From a virus: 64,000 nt of DNA. The position numbers were made by a program, and so were the translations under genes. Location of the stretch: positions 7,294-71,293 of the IMG/VR virus record IMGVR_UViG_3300027779_003171. One strand, written 5' to 3'. Position 1 is the first letter of the stretch. Each line of letters starts with the position of its first letter. Positions 20,508 to 30,616 of this stretch are shown piece after piece. The notes under the pieces are model-generated. The model saw nothing but the letters and a program-made list of their open reading frames with translations. It did not search any database and was not told the origin of the DNA.

Positions 20508-20844
20508 GGGGGTGTCCCTTTCCTTTACATTTTTTTGAGTATGTTTTCTTTGCTTCTTCTTTGACATGATCTACTCCTCTTGTCCTTTTTCTTTTCTCGC
20601 TAAGTTGCGCGGACAAGTCCCACATCTCTCCTAGATTATAGTTTTTATCCTTCGTCTTTCTTACGAAATCTTCACAAGTTGTGTCAGCGTCGATAAGGCT
20701 ATTGTTTACGGCCATATTTGGGTTTGACCAAACCCTAACCCACTCGATACCGTCTTCACCCACAAAAGAGTGGGGCTCGTTCATTCGCTGAACAACCTCC
20801 ATTAGCTCCTCTGTTTTTGGGTGTCGAAAGACGTAGACGGGCAT
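20497..20844 (-). CDS. FmdB-like small regulatory protein
   Basis: MPVYVF..EVVQRMNEPH N-terminus; cysteines are absent. Confidence 0.55.
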   Translation of the reverse strand: MPVYVFRHPKTEELMEVVQRMNEPHSFVGEDGIEWVRVWSNPNMAVNNSLIDADTTCEDFVRKTKDKNYNLGEMWDLSAQLSEKRKRTRGVDHVKEEAKKTYSKKCKGKGHPHAN

Positions 20845-20846
20845 GG

Positions 20847-21641
20847 TTACGGTGTCGGGTTATTCGCTTCTCGAATGTCTGGGTTACCTTCAGGGAATTG
20901 GGTCATCACTGACATCTGTTGCTCTTCCTCTTTATCGCCTTCTGGTGTTCCAGTAACGTACAAGTTAAATAATTCTTCACATTTTGTTTTAGCAAATAAT
21001 AGAAGAAATGATCCCTCGACTTCTTTTGACTCGGCAAAGAACGAGTCTTGAAAACCCGCGCTCTTCATGTGTTCGACTAGTTGGCTTAATTTGTCTTCCT
21101 TGATCTTGGTTTCAAGGCATACAAAGTTGCATTTGTTAACTCTTTCAGAGGACATTAGTATCTCTGCCTCCGCGTACCCGATGCTCATTTTCATTAAGTC
21201 TATTTCAGTTTCGGGAATTGATGTTAGCAACTCATCTAGGGTCACAAAAAAACTCAAATCCGAAGGAGCACCATCCTCATCTGAACGAAGCCCTACGTGA
21301 GCAAGGTAAAAGAAATTGTTTTCGTTTTTTGGGTATTCGAGTTGAGCGAATCTTGTTTCAGTGTAAACCCCCAGCCTTAACAGGGAAGCCTTGTCACTGA
21401 AAGCTTCGAGATTTTTACTCATTACCCTGTAGCTGTCACCGAAAGGCTCCACCGAGTAAACCTTGTCGGCCCCGCGCATCAAACAAAGAAGGGAGAAGGT
21501 TCCTATGTGAGCACCAATATCCAGAACAGTAACTTTTTCTTTTTCGGGTAACGTTTTTAGCCTGTAGTTGTTGGCGTAAAACACCTTATCTAAGATGTAC
21601 TGGTCGTCGGTAAATGTTCTTATTGATATTTCTGGTGTCAT
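20847..21641 (-). CDS. FkbM-family methyltransferase
   Basis: VLDIGAHIGTFS, VEP and IDLMK..AE motifs. Confidence 0.85.
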   Translation of the reverse strand: MTPEISIRTFTDDQYILDKVFYANNYRLKTLPEKEKVTVLDIGAHIGTFSLLCLMRGADKVYSVEPFGDSYRVMSKNLEAFSDKASLLRLGVYTETRFAQLEYPKNENNFFYLAHVGLRSDEDGAPSDLSFFVTLDELLTSIPETEIDLMKMSIGYAEAEILMSSERVNKCNFVCLETKIKEDKLSQLVEHMKSAGFQDSFFAESKEVEGSFLLLFAKTKCEELFNLYVTGTPEGDKEEEQQMSVMTQFPEGNPDIREANNPTP

Positions 21642-22735
21642 AGCTTGGATAGGATATTATTTAATAGTTTTTCTTTTGTGAATTCTTCTTGCAGCTTCAC
21701 GCCCTCCTCGTTTAGGGGGTTGCTTTCAACTTTCTTAATAGTCTCTTCACAGGCGGAGATGAAATCGTCCTCATCAAAATCAAAGATTTGCCCTTGGTTA
21801 TGGTTTCCGCCTTTGTGGAAGAACACGCCGTCCGTGGAGTCTATTTTCCCGCTGGGCTCTACCAGTGTTGCGTTCTTTTCGTTCGCCCACCCCTTGTATC
21901 CATGAGCATTCATTATTACTCCGTGTTTCCCGATCCCAATGGAGTGGAATTCTGGTAACCCCCACCCCTCTCCACCTGACATACCTATAACAATGTGGGC
22001 GGAATTCAGGAAGTCGTTATATACTTCGTTTTCACCCATGTAATTTAGGAAGTTGATATTGAAATAGTTTTCCCCATCAAGAGCGTTATGAACGAAGCCG
22101 TTGTTTTGTTCGGGGTTTAGGAAGTGATTATAAAGCGCACAGTGCAGGGTATACTTTTTGTTGTTGCCCCATTTTTTAGCCCAAGCCTTCAAGACCTTAT
22201 CGTGTCTCTTGCGCTTTTCCATTTTGCCCACCAAGCTGAAGACTATCCTGTCATCATCGAAATATTTTTTATCTGTAGCCTTAAAATTAAAGTCATCAAA
22301 AGCTAAGGGGATATATTCGCAATCCGCACCAGAGCTTCTAAAAACATCGCAGGTATATTTTGAAGTAAAAAAGGTTTTATTATTTTTAGCTATGTTTAAT
22401 TCTGTTTTCGTGGGCGAATCTAATTCGTAAAAGGACAGGAGGGACTGGTCCTTTGAGAAGGACTCCATTGAGCCCATTAAATGCCACAGTTTAAGGATGG
22501 GGGTGTCTCTCGAATGATTCTCTAATGCGTCAGCCGTCCTTTTCTGAAGCCATAACTCGAATAGGTCATCTTTTTGCTGGGTAGAAAGATCAACCTGACC
22601 GCCAAGGGGAAACAGCTTCAAGTCAGGCAAATCCTCCCCTGACAAGACTTTTTTATGATAAGTCTTGAGCAGGAGAGTTGAGATTTGCCCGAATGAAACG
22701 GAGTTTATAGGTACGTTAAACGCTATGGAACTCAT
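21638..22735 (-). CDS. GT4-like glycosyltransferase
   Basis: VGKMEKRK and GEGWGLPEF motifs. Confidence 0.8.
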   Translation of the reverse strand: MSSIAFNVPINSVSFGQISTLLLKTYHKKVLSGEDLPDLKLFPLGGQVDLSTQQKDDLFELWLQKRTADALENHSRDTPILKLWHLMGSMESFSKDQSLLSFYELDSPTKTELNIAKNNKTFFTSKYTCDVFRSSGADCEYIPLAFDDFNFKATDKKYFDDDRIVFSLVGKMEKRKRHDKVLKAWAKKWGNNKKYTLHCALYNHFLNPEQNNGFVHNALDGENYFNINFLNYMGENEVYNDFLNSAHIVIGMSGGEGWGLPEFHSIGIGKHGVIMNAHGYKGWANEKNATLVEPSGKIDSTDGVFFHKGGNHNQGQIFDFDEDDFISACEETIKKVESNPLNEEGVKLQEEFTKEKLLNNILSKL

Positions 22736-22755
22736 TTAATAGGTCGTTAGGGGCG

Positions 22756-23043
22756 TTAGATTAACTCTTCTTCCACAACGGTGGTTGCTTCTATCACGGG
22801 CTGCTTAACCGTCTCGTTTTGCGTATTGTTTGAGTTGGTGGGGTCAGTAGACTTGTAGACCCTGTAGTCGGGATGAGTATCCTTTTTCTTATGTTTGTTG
22901 GTGAAGATAACCACCTTCACTTTGTTGTCATCACCATCAGTGAAGTGACCAGAAAAATATTTCTGGTTCGGACTCTCTTTTACCCACAAAGCACCTATTT
23001 CGCGCTTTGCCCATTCGTTTTGTTCTGAGTTTTGTTCAGTCAT
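22756..23043 (-). CDS. DUF736-like protein (possible ssDNA-binding)
   Basis: IGALW..KYFSG..KVVIF.N..HPDYRVY pattern with an acidic tail. Confidence 0.55.
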   Translation of the reverse strand: MTEQNSEQNEWAKREIGALWVKESPNQKYFSGHFTDGDDNKVKVVIFTNKHKKKDTHPDYRVYKSTDPTNSNNTQNETVKQPVIEATTVVEEELI

Positions 23044-23058
23044 ATCGTAGGGATAATA

Positions 23059-23688
23059 CTATTGTTCTGGAAACGTGTCAATGTTTATTTTTCCTTTAAG
23101 TCTATTTTTTAAGATACCGAGCCCCTTCTTGTGTAGGTTGATCGCGGTTTGTATGCTCATACTGAGGCTTTCTGATATGTTTTTCCAAGTTCCATCTTTT
23201 TTTGTATCGTAAAAATATCTCATGCGAAAGATTTTTTTTATCCTAGAGTCTTTCAGATCATCTAGTGTCGATAGCATTATCTCAAACTCTTCTGACAGGT
23301 TATTGGTGTGGTCGGGGGCAAATTGGCTATCTTCTATGAAATCGTGAAGCTCTTCTGTGTCAGCGTTAAATATATATTTTTTTGAATTTACATAGTTCAA
23401 GCACGTAAATTTAGCATAATTACCTAGCCACGTTGAAAATTTTGTTTTCCTTGATGGATCGAATGACTGAGCACACTTTAATACTATTAAATCTTTTTCA
23501 GCGTACACATCTTCTGGCTGTACGCCTGACTTTATCAGGGCGTATTTGTATTTTTGGCAGATTTTGTAGTATACATTCTCATATCTTCGGCAAAGCTCCA
23601 GAAAACTATCTTCACACCCGTGTATTTTCAGCCTTTTCGTAAGCTGAGAGTCCGTTTTCTTTTCTATTGAGCCACGTAATGAAGGCAT
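23059..23688 (-). CDS. Phage sigma70-family sigma factor
   Basis: Region 2 FDPSRKTKFSTWL and region 4 HTH TWKNISESLSMS. Confidence 0.8.
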   Translation of the reverse strand: MPSLRGSIEKKTDSQLTKRLKIHGCEDSFLELCRRYENVYYKICQKYKYALIKSGVQPEDVYAEKDLIVLKCAQSFDPSRKTKFSTWLGNYAKFTCLNYVNSKKYIFNADTEELHDFIEDSQFAPDHTNNLSEEFEIMLSTLDDLKDSRIKKIFRMRYFYDTKKDGTWKNISESLSMSIQTAINLHKKGLGILKNRLKGKINIDTFPEQ

Positions 23689-24241
23689 CTATATGGGGGT
23701 CAAGTTGTCTGTCTATATCTCCTTTAGCTCTTTCCCACTCAACAGTGTAGTCCGCCTGAGCTTCTATCAAGGGGTCGTTCCTTCGCTCCTCTTCGTTTAT
23801 TGGCTTTCTGTAGTGGTTGTAGCTAGTGAAGCCACGGTCAATGTGTTCATACATAGAAATATGAACAAGGAGCCCGCCCAGCTCCTCCTTCAGCCAGTAA
23901 ACCTCGTCTTTGGGAAAGTCGTCATATCTTATATCTGTAATTACGACGACTGAACTAGCTAGATTATTTTTTATTTCTTTATTTAATTTATTAATCCAGT
24001 GGCGACCCTCAGAAAGGTTTCTCTTAAATGCTCCGTGGAACACCAGAAGGGGGCGAATCGAATCCTTTTCTTCGCGAGTACAGGTTAGTGGGTTGACACC
24101 ATATTGATCCTCTAAAAACGGAGCAACCTCTTCTTTCAGCGCGTCCGCGAGGGAGAACTTTTGACAATTCAATTTTTCGGAAAGCAAACTGAAGAATAAA
24201 TCTTTTCCTGCTCCCGCAACACCAGATAAGCCTATGATCAT
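23612..24241 (-). CDS. Deoxynucleoside monophosphate kinase
   Basis: IIGLSGVAGAGKD, LADALKE and VITDIRY motifs. Confidence 0.8.
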   Translation of the reverse strand: MIIGLSGVAGAGKDLFFSLLSEKLNCQKFSLADALKEEVAPFLEDQYGVNPLTCTREEKDSIRPLLVFHGAFKRNLSEGRHWINKLNKEIKNNLASSVVVITDIRYDDFPKDEVYWLKEELGGLLVHISMYEHIDRGFTSYNHYRKPINEEERRNDPLIEAQADYTVEWERAKGDIDRQLDPHIDAFITWLNRKENGLSAYEKAENTRV

Positions 24242-24315
24242 CTTAAGTATACTATTACGGTTACGGGATTAGTTAAAGCTAAAAGATGGTGTGGTAATTT
24301 TTTCTTTAAGCATAA

Positions 24316-24350
24316 ACACAACACCCCCCACCGAAGGGGGGATGCTGTGT
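24316..24350 (-). terminator. Intrinsic terminator closing the candidate ncRNA
   Basis: ACACAGCATCCCCCC-TTCG-GTGGGGGGTGTTGTGT followed by TT on the minus strand. Confidence 0.65.
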
Positions 24351-24693
24351 AGCGTGTGCTGCTTTTTCTTTGAAGCCCTATGTTTTTAAAATGGATGGGT
24401 TGTTCCACGACACGCTGCAAATCAGTTTAAAACTGAGCCTAACTACCGTTTTTTTGGCGGGAGAGACCGTACCACAGAAAACTCCGCTTACGTTAGGCCA
24501 CCTAGCTTTCGCTAACGATGGGGTAAACCTTGGCACTTAACCAAGTGTCTTTTGATTACATGCAGTTTGTAATCAGCCGTCCCTTGATTCGGCAGTAGGC
24601 TAACTGCCACGCTTACTTTGCTTCAGCTATCTTAGGAAAACTCTTCAGATTTCTCTCCGCGAGCTTAAAGAGGGCCACCCTCTTTTTGGACGG
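24316..24693 (-). ncRNA. Candidate large structured ncRNA (~380 nt), family unknown
   Basis: Gap with no credible ORF, bounded by a promoter (24698-24725) and a terminator. Contains many hairpins and long-range complementary segments. Confidence 0.65.
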
Positions 24694-24697
24694 ACTA

Positions 24698-24725
24698 AGG
24701 ATAACAGCATCTTGATTGTCGTCAA
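24698..24725 (-). promoter_or_regulatory. Sigma70-type promoter for candidate ncRNA
   Basis: TTGACG-N16-TATCCT with TG extension. Confidence 0.6.
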
Positions 24726-25213
24726 CTATTTTTTTCATCGTCGTCCAAGCCAGCCTCTTCCTTGTATTTTTCCTTGTAGAAGTTCAGGATGTGAAGGACG
24801 TTAAGTACGTCTTTTGAGTTAAGGTCGGCGGGGTCGCTCCAATCGCTTTTATCTTCAATGAGTTCGCAGAAACAGTTGATTTCTCTTGATATGTAGCTTG
24901 CCATTTGAGCGGTGACATCAATGCTTTGCGAGTTGGAATCCAAAGGCTTCTTTAGTATGTAAATTACCTTAGTCTCGCTGTCTTTCAACTCCTTGTTCCA
25001 AGTCGTCTGTTGCTGGCGAGTGAGAAGCTCACTTTTGCACCAATCGTCTAACGCACACTGGACCGCCCCCTTGTCTCTCGCTGGAAACTCTGTTATGAGT
25101 GTGATCTTTCGGAAGTCTTCCTCCATAATAAAGGAATCGCTTTCCTTGAAAAATTCCCAGAGTTTACTGTAAGCTTCGAAAACTGTCATATTTATTGTAT
25201 TGAGAATTGTCAT
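24722..25213 (-). CDS. Hypothetical protein
   Basis: 163-aa ORF with plausible composition. Confidence 0.65.
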   Translation of the reverse strand: MTILNTINMTVFEAYSKLWEFFKESDSFIMEEDFRKITLITEFPARDKGAVQCALDDWCKSELLTRQQQTTWNKELKDSETKVIYILKKPLDSNSQSIDVTAQMASYISREINCFCELIEDKSDWSDPADLNSKDVLNVLHILNFYKEKYKEEAGLDDDEKNS

Positions 25214-25267
25214 TTTTTCGTAAAGAAAGTTGACTTTTGGGCATAAGTTTAATATTGTGCTTCCACG

Positions 25268-25687
25268 ATGTCAGAAGAAGAGAGAATAGATTGGTACGAA
25301 TACTCCATGCTTCTGGCTTTTGCAGCGGCGAAGAGAAGCGAAGACCCCTATAGGAAGGTGGGTGCTTGTGCCCTTAATAAAGACAAAATGGTAGTTGGCC
25401 TTGGCTACAACGGGCTGGCTTCAGGCAGGGATGCGCCAGAGGGCTTCTGGAGGGACAGAGACTCTCGTCGGCAATACATGATCCACGCGGAGACGAACTG
25501 CCTTTCTTTGTGTAAGAGGGGTGAGGTCGAGTTGCTGACTGTCACGCTTTTGCCTTGCTCTTATTGCGCCACCATGATAGCAGCTTACGGAGTTAAGGAG
25601 GTCCTATATCATGAAGAGTACGAAAATGACCAAGCGGCTAAAGATATTTTTAGTTTCTACAATATAGATATGCTAAAGTTTGATTGA
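25268..25687 (+). CDS. dCMP deaminase
   Basis: RSEDP..KVGA, GYNG, HAETN and PCSYC motifs. Confidence 0.92.
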   Translation: MSEEERIDWYEYSMLLAFAAAKRSEDPYRKVGACALNKDKMVVGLGYNGLASGRDAPEGFWRDRDSRRQYMIHAETNCLSLCKRGEVELLTVTLLPCSYCATMIAAYGVKEVLYHEEYENDQAAKDIFSFYNIDMLKFD

Positions 25688-26054
25688 TATGGAAATACTA
25701 CACCCCACCTTCATAACGGTTGTCTTGATGTACATTTGGTTTGAGACGGAGGCTTTTGTTGATTATTGCGACACCTTTAATTTAGGGGGGGTGATGTTTG
25801 GCCTAGCTAAATACAAGGAGAAAAAAGAGCGGATGCCCATGGTTGACTATCATACCTTTTTACTAATGGATGCCCCCGGCTCGTTCTTCATCAAGCTGAT
25901 AACTTGCCCAGTGTGCTTAATCGTATGGATTGCTCCGTTGACTTCTTTTTTGTATAATGAAACCATGTCTTTCCCTATAATATTCATGGAGATACTGTTC
26001 TCGTGGACGGCATTCTTCGCGTTAAAGACCCTAGTTAAAACATCGGACGGATAA
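25680..26054 (+). CDS. Hypothetical membrane protein
   Basis: Hydrophobic segments and a LITCPVCL..W motif. Confidence 0.6.
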   Translation: MIDMEILHPTFITVVLMYIWFETEAFVDYCDTFNLGGVMFGLAKYKEKKERMPMVDYHTFLLMDAPGSFFIKLITCPVCLIVWIAPLTSFLYNETMSFPIIFMEILFSWTAFFALKTLVKTSDG

Positions 26055-26055
26055 A

Positions 26056-26724
26056 ATGGCCAATCACCCAGCTATAGATAGAATTCTAAGACAAATAAAC
26101 GCAGAGGACATGAAGGAGGAGCTTATGGCTCCCGAGAATTCTCTGGGAAGAATTATGGAGGAGGAGTCGGAGGCGGCTGCCGAGCGACCCGAGCCCCTAA
26201 AAGATGTCAGCGAGGTTTTTTCAGATGAAATTTTACAAGAGACAAAGGAGGGCATAGATATTATTGAGGAAGAGCGGAAGAAGAAAGAAGAAGAGGGAGC
26301 CAAAGAATCTCGGGAGATTATGGAAAAAATAGAAGCCGGGGCCGAGCTTGCTGATTTCGCCCCGCCAGAGACCAAGGAAACGTTAGGTCAAAATATATCG
26401 CCCGACGTGAAAGAGTATCTTGATTCCGAGAAAGAGGAATATGCGTTTCATTCTTGCTTTGACTTAAGGGACTTCTTCCGTGATAATAGAGACAGCTTTG
26501 ATGAGTGGGCTCACCCAGCGATAGACTCGGTGCTTTCTGCCGTGGACACGATTACCTCTGGTTGCAGATGCAAGCTTAAAGAGAGAAGAAAGATGGTTGA
26601 GGACTACTACGTTACATTCATCACGCAAAACCAGCACAACTCACTGATCGGCACAATGAAAGAAGTTTTAAAAACCAAAAAAATCAAATTCTTCTCTGAA
26701 GAGAAACTATTTCTTGATATATGA
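26056..26724 (+). CDS. Hypothetical protein
   Basis: Acidic 222-aa ORF in operon. Confidence 0.65.
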   Translation: MANHPAIDRILRQINAEDMKEELMAPENSLGRIMEEESEAAAERPEPLKDVSEVFSDEILQETKEGIDIIEEERKKKEEEGAKESREIMEKIEAGAELADFAPPETKETLGQNISPDVKEYLDSEKEEYAFHSCFDLRDFFRDNRDSFDEWAHPAIDSVLSAVDTITSGCRCKLKERRKMVEDYYVTFITQNQHNSLIGTMKEVLKTKKIKFFSEEKLFLDI

Positions 26725-27008
26725 GACTTGAAGATGTCAAACAACGCTTGCTCGGGCTCCTAAAAGACCACTACGCTTTTGAAGATCACGAGCTTAACGA
26801 TGCTTTCGGGGGCTCGGTGCTGAAGGAGCTGGACGTGGACTCCATTGCCCTGCTTGAGCTTTTTCTCGTCATCGAGGAGGGGTTCAACCTTGATCAGAGG
26901 CTGTCCGATAGGCTTGACATGAAATCATTAATGGACAGTAAGGCGGACGACCTAATCGATACCGTCTCTATGGAGATTCTTAAGATGTGGAAGGAAGGCT
27001 TAAAATAA
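26721..27008 (+). CDS. Acyl carrier protein-like
   Basis: Small and acidic, with LDVDSIALLELFLVIEEGF matching the phosphopantetheine attachment motif. Confidence 0.7.
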   Translation: MRLEDVKQRLLGLLKDHYAFEDHELNDAFGGSVLKELDVDSIALLELFLVIEEGFNLDQRLSDRLDMKSLMDSKADDLIDTVSMEILKMWKEGLK

Positions 27009-27071
27009 AAGAGACTCATCGGGCTTTTTTTCTTCTCTTTGAGTAAGGTTGTGATATGATTCTTCCAACAA

Positions 27072-28034
27072 ATGGAAGAACCTATCCTTACAAACAACCC
27101 GAACCGTTTCGTTGTTTTCCCAATTAAACACCCAGACATCTGGGATTTTTATAAAAAAGCAGAGGCGAGCTTCTGGACAGCGGAAGAGGTTGACCTTTCG
27201 GACGACCTAGAACAATACGACTCGCTAGAGCCCGGGGAGAAACATTTCATCAATAACGTGCTCGCTTTTTTCGCTGCTTCCGACGGGATAGTTAATGAAA
27301 ATCTTGCAGAAAATTTTGTTAACGAGGTTCAGTATCCAGAAGCTAAATTTTTTTACGGCTTCCAAATCATGATGGAGAATATCCACAGCGAGATGTACTC
27401 TTTATTGATCGACACTTACGTAAAAGACCCCGCCGAGCAGCATAAATATTTCAATGCGGTAGATGAGATTCCCTGCGTAAAGAAAAAGGCAGTGTGGGCC
27501 TTGGACTGGATTCACTCCGCGAGTTTCGCTGAAAGGTTGATTGCGTTTGCTGCGGTAGAAGGGATTTTTTTTAGTGGCAGCTTCTGTTCTATTTTTTGGC
27601 TAAAGAAAAGGGGGCTGCTTCCTGGTTTTAGTTTCTCAAACGAGCTTATTAGTAGGGACGAGGGGTTGCATTGTGATTTCGCCTGTCACCTCCACAACCA
27701 TCATGTGGTTAACAAGGTTCCAAAAGAAAGGATTCAGGAAATTATTTCCTTAGCGTTAGATATCGAGAAAGAGTTCATCACCGACTCGTTGCCCGTTGAC
27801 CTAATTGGAATGAATTGCAACTTGATGAAACAATATCTTGAGTTCGTAGCCGACAGACTTTTGGTGGACCTGAAATGTAAAAAAATATACGGGACTCAAA
27901 ACCCATTCGACTTTATGCAAAATATTGCGTTGCAAAACAAAACAAACTTTTTTGAGAAAAGGGTGGCTGAATATGCAAAGGCAAACGTCGGAGGAAAAGC
28001 GAGTGCAGAATTAAACTTTGATGCGGAATTTTAA
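27072..28034 (+). CDS. nrdB: Ribonucleotide reductase class Ia beta subunit
   Basis: [37 protein letters not shown] and ISRDEGLH motifs. Confidence 0.97.
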   Translation: MEEPILTNNPNRFVVFPIKHPDIWDFYKKAEASFWTAEEVDLSDDLEQYDSLEPGEKHFINNVLAFFAASDGIVNENLAENFVNEVQYPEAKFFYGFQIMMENIHSEMYSLLIDTYVKDPAEQHKYFNAVDEIPCVKKKAVWALDWIHSASFAERLIAFAAVEGIFFSGSFCSIFWLKKRGLLPGFSFSNELISRDEGLHCDFACHLHNHHVVNKVPKERIQEIISLALDIEKEFITDSLPVDLIGMNCNLMKQYLEFVADRLLVDLKCKKIYGTQNPFDFMQNIALQNKTNFFEKRVAEYAKANVGGKASAELNFDAEF

Positions 28035-28036
28035 AA

Positions 28037-30391
28037 ATGGAAGTCTTAAAACGTAACGGCAGCACAGAGCCCGTAAAATTAGATAAAATAACGGCCAGGA
28101 TAAAGAAGCAGACCTATGACCTTAATCAAGACCACGTAGACTACATGGAGGTGGTTAAAAAAACCATCTCTGGCCTGTACGACGGCATAACCACCACAGA
28201 GTTAGACAGTCTTGCGGCGGAGACAGCGGCAAGCCTATCGTCTACCCACCCAGACTATTCTTTTTTAGCGTCCAGGATTGCTTTAACGAGGCTTTACAAG
28301 TCCTTGGTTAAGCCTTTCTCGAAGAATGCGAAAAGAATTTATGAGGATGGATTTATTTCTGAAGAGGTTTACGAGGTTATCAAGAATAATGCTCGAAAAA
28401 TCAACTCTCTGATCGTCGGGGATAGAGACTTTAATATAGACTATTTTGGCTTCAAGACGCTGGAGAGGAGCTACCTTTTAAAGGTCGGTGGAGAAATAGC
28501 TGAATGCCCACAATACATGTACATGAGGGTAGCTTTGGGTATTTGGGGCGACGATTGGGACAACGTACAAAAAACATACGACATGCTTTCAGAGGGGATG
28601 TTCACACACGCAACCCCTACCTTGTTTAATTCTGGAACCCCATGCAACCAGCTTGCTTCGTGCTTCCTTATAGGGAATAAGTCGGACAGTATTGATGGAT
28701 TATTTGATACGCTTAAGGACGTTGCTCATATATCAAAATGGGCTGGAGGGATCGGTTTGCATGTTCACAATGTGAGAGCTAAGGGCAGCTTCATTAAAGG
28801 CACAGGAGGGCAATCTGACGGCCTTATACCCATGATGAGAACCTATAACGAGGTTGCTCGATGGATAAATCAAGGAGGCAAACGCAAGGGGTCTTTTGCC
28901 ATATACCTTGAGCCGTGGCATTCGGATATTTTTGAGTTCGTAGAGCTTAGAAAAAACCACGGGAAAGAAGAGATGAGGGCTAGGGATTTATTTTTGGCAC
29001 TTTGGATTCCCGACTTGTTCATGGAAAGAGTCAAGAACGATGAGGAGTGGAGTCTATTTTGCCCCAACGAGGCCCCGAATCTTTCGGACATGTTTGACAC
29101 CCCGAAAGGGAAGAAATTTACAAAGCTATACCTTAAGTACGAGGAAGAAGGGTTAGCCAAAAAGAAAGTTAAGGCGCGAGACTTGTGGACGGAGATTTTA
29201 AAAGCTCAAATGGAGACAGGAACGCCGTACATTTTATATAAAGATGCAGCAAATAATAAATCGAACCAGAAAAACGTAGGGACAATAAAGTCTAGCAATT
29301 TATGTACCGAGATAATTGAGTTCTCTGACCACAAAGAGCAAGCTGTTTGTAACCTAGCGAGCATTGTCCTTAATAAATTAGTGGAGGTTCCAAGCGGGCA
29401 GGTTCGGTCTCAAGACAAGTCTAAGAGAACCTTTAATTTTGAAGAGCTAGAGGGCGTAGCCTATCAAGTTGCCCTAAATTTGAACAGGGTGATTGACGTT
29501 ACCTTTTACCCGACGAAAGAAGCAGAAAAATCGAACCTTCGTCATAGACCAATTGGGATCGGGGTTCAAGGTCTGGCGGATACGTTTGCCATGCTAGGTT
29601 ACCCATTCGAATCTGATGAGGCCGCGAGTTTAAATAAAGAAATTTTTGCAGCCATTTACCACGGGGCAATGCGAGCGTCTATTGACTTAGCTAAAAAACA
29701 TGGCCCCTACGATTCTTTTAAGGGGTCACCCCTTTCCGAGGGCAAGTTTCAATTTGATCTATGGAAGCAAGAACCTTCCGAAAGCTGGGACTGGGAGGCT
29801 TTGAAAAAAAAGCTACTCAAACACGGAGCAAGAAACTCACTCCTGTTAGCTCCAATGCCGACAGCATCAACGGCCCAGATACTAGGGAATAACGAATGCT
29901 TCGAGCCGTTTACAAGCAACCTTTACAAAAGGAATACTCTTGGCGGGGAATTCGTCGTGATTAACAAGCATCTAATCCAAGATTTGATTAACTTGGAATT
30001 ATGGGACGAATCCATGAAGCTTAAGCTTTACGAAAGTGATGGCTCCGTCCAGAACATTGACGAGATACCAGAGGAGATAAAGTCCCTTTACAAAACTGTG
30101 TGGGAAATTTCCCAAAAACACATCATTGATATGTCGGCTTCACGAGGTATATACGTTTGTCAGTCACAGTCAATGAACTTGTTTATGGCAGACCCCAGCA
30201 TAGGTAAATTAAATTCGGCTCATTTTTACGGGTGGGAAAAGGGCTTAAAGACTGGCATGTACTATCTAAGGACTCAGCCAAAAGCGTTCGCCTTAAAGGG
30301 GTTAGGGGTAAGTTCCGACAAGGGGGAGGAGGAAGCGGCCCTAAGCTGTTCCATAGAAACACCAGAAAATTGTGAATCTTGTAGTTCTTGA
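28037..30391 (+). CDS. nrdA: Ribonucleotide reductase class Ia alpha subunit with ATP cone
   Basis: ATPTLFNSG, SNLCTEI, CNLAS, APMPTAST and KTGMYYLR motifs, plus C-terminal CESC. Confidence 0.97.
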   Translation: MEVLKRNGSTEPVKLDKITARIKKQTYDLNQDHVDYMEVVKKTISGLYDGITTTELDSLAAETAASLSSTHPDYSFLASRIALTRLYKSLVKPFSKNAKRIYEDGFISEEVYEVIKNNARKINSLIVGDRDFNIDYFGFKTLERSYLLKVGGEIAECPQYMYMRVALGIWGDDWDNVQKTYDMLSEGMFTHATPTLFNSGTPCNQLASCFLIGNKSDSIDGLFDTLKDVAHISKWAGGIGLHVHNVRAKGSFIKGTGGQSDGLIPMMRTYNEVARWINQGGKRKGSFAIYLEPWHSDIFEFVELRKNHGKEEMRARDLFLALWIPDLFMERVKNDEEWSLFCPNEAPNLSDMFDTPKGKKFTKLYLKYEEEGLAKKKVKARDLWTEILKAQMETGTPYILYKDAANNKSNQKNVGTIKSSNLCTEIIEFSDHKEQAVCNLASIVLNKLVEVPSGQVRSQDKSKRTFNFEELEGVAYQVALNLNRVIDVTFYPTKEAEKSNLRHRPIGIGVQGLADTFAMLGYPFESDEAASLNKEIFAAIYHGAMRASIDLAKKHGPYDSFKGSPLSEGKFQFDLWKQEPSESWDWEALKKKLLKHGARNSLLLAPMPTASTAQILGNNECFEPFTSNLYKRNTLGGEFVVINKHLIQDLINLELWDESMKLKLYESDGSVQNIDEIPEEIKSLYKTVWEISQKHIIDMSASRGIYVCQSQSMNLFMADPSIGKLNSAHFYGWEKGLKTGMYYLRTQPKAFALKGLGVSSDKGEEEAALSCSIETPENCESCSS

Positions 30392-30495
30392 GTGTAATAT
30401 AGAGTACAGAAGGTAGATGAAAGAAACAGGTCTTAATACGAGACAACTTTATCTGAGTAAGAAACTGGATTTTATACTTCTTATTTTTTAATTGA

Positions 30496-30608
30496 TGCCA
30501 TTTTGACGCATTTAAGTATCACTTTAAAAGCGTCATAAAGACACTCCCCTATGCTTTTCTTTAAAAAACCCCAAGAAAACCTAGCTTTTTAAGTGGCATA
30601 GTTCTTGC
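30496..30608 (+). promoter_or_regulatory. Sigma54 (-24/-12) promoter with two upstream palindromic sites
   Basis: TGGCATAGTTCTTGC at 30594-30608. Imperfect palindromes TGCCATTTTGACG (30496) and CGTCATAAAGACA (30531) lie upstream. Confidence 0.7.
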
Positions 30609-30616
30609 GGAAGTAA

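Noticed and set aside
24470-24495. ACAGAAAACTCCGCTTA resembling the RNase P RNA 3' end
   Set aside because: There is no upstream GAGGAAAGTCC P4 partner, and the promoter and terminator indicate the opposite strand.
4951-30391. Inteins or introns in dnaE, dnaB, recA and nrdAB
   Set aside because: Lengths are normal, and there are no C..HN splice motifs or interrupted frames.
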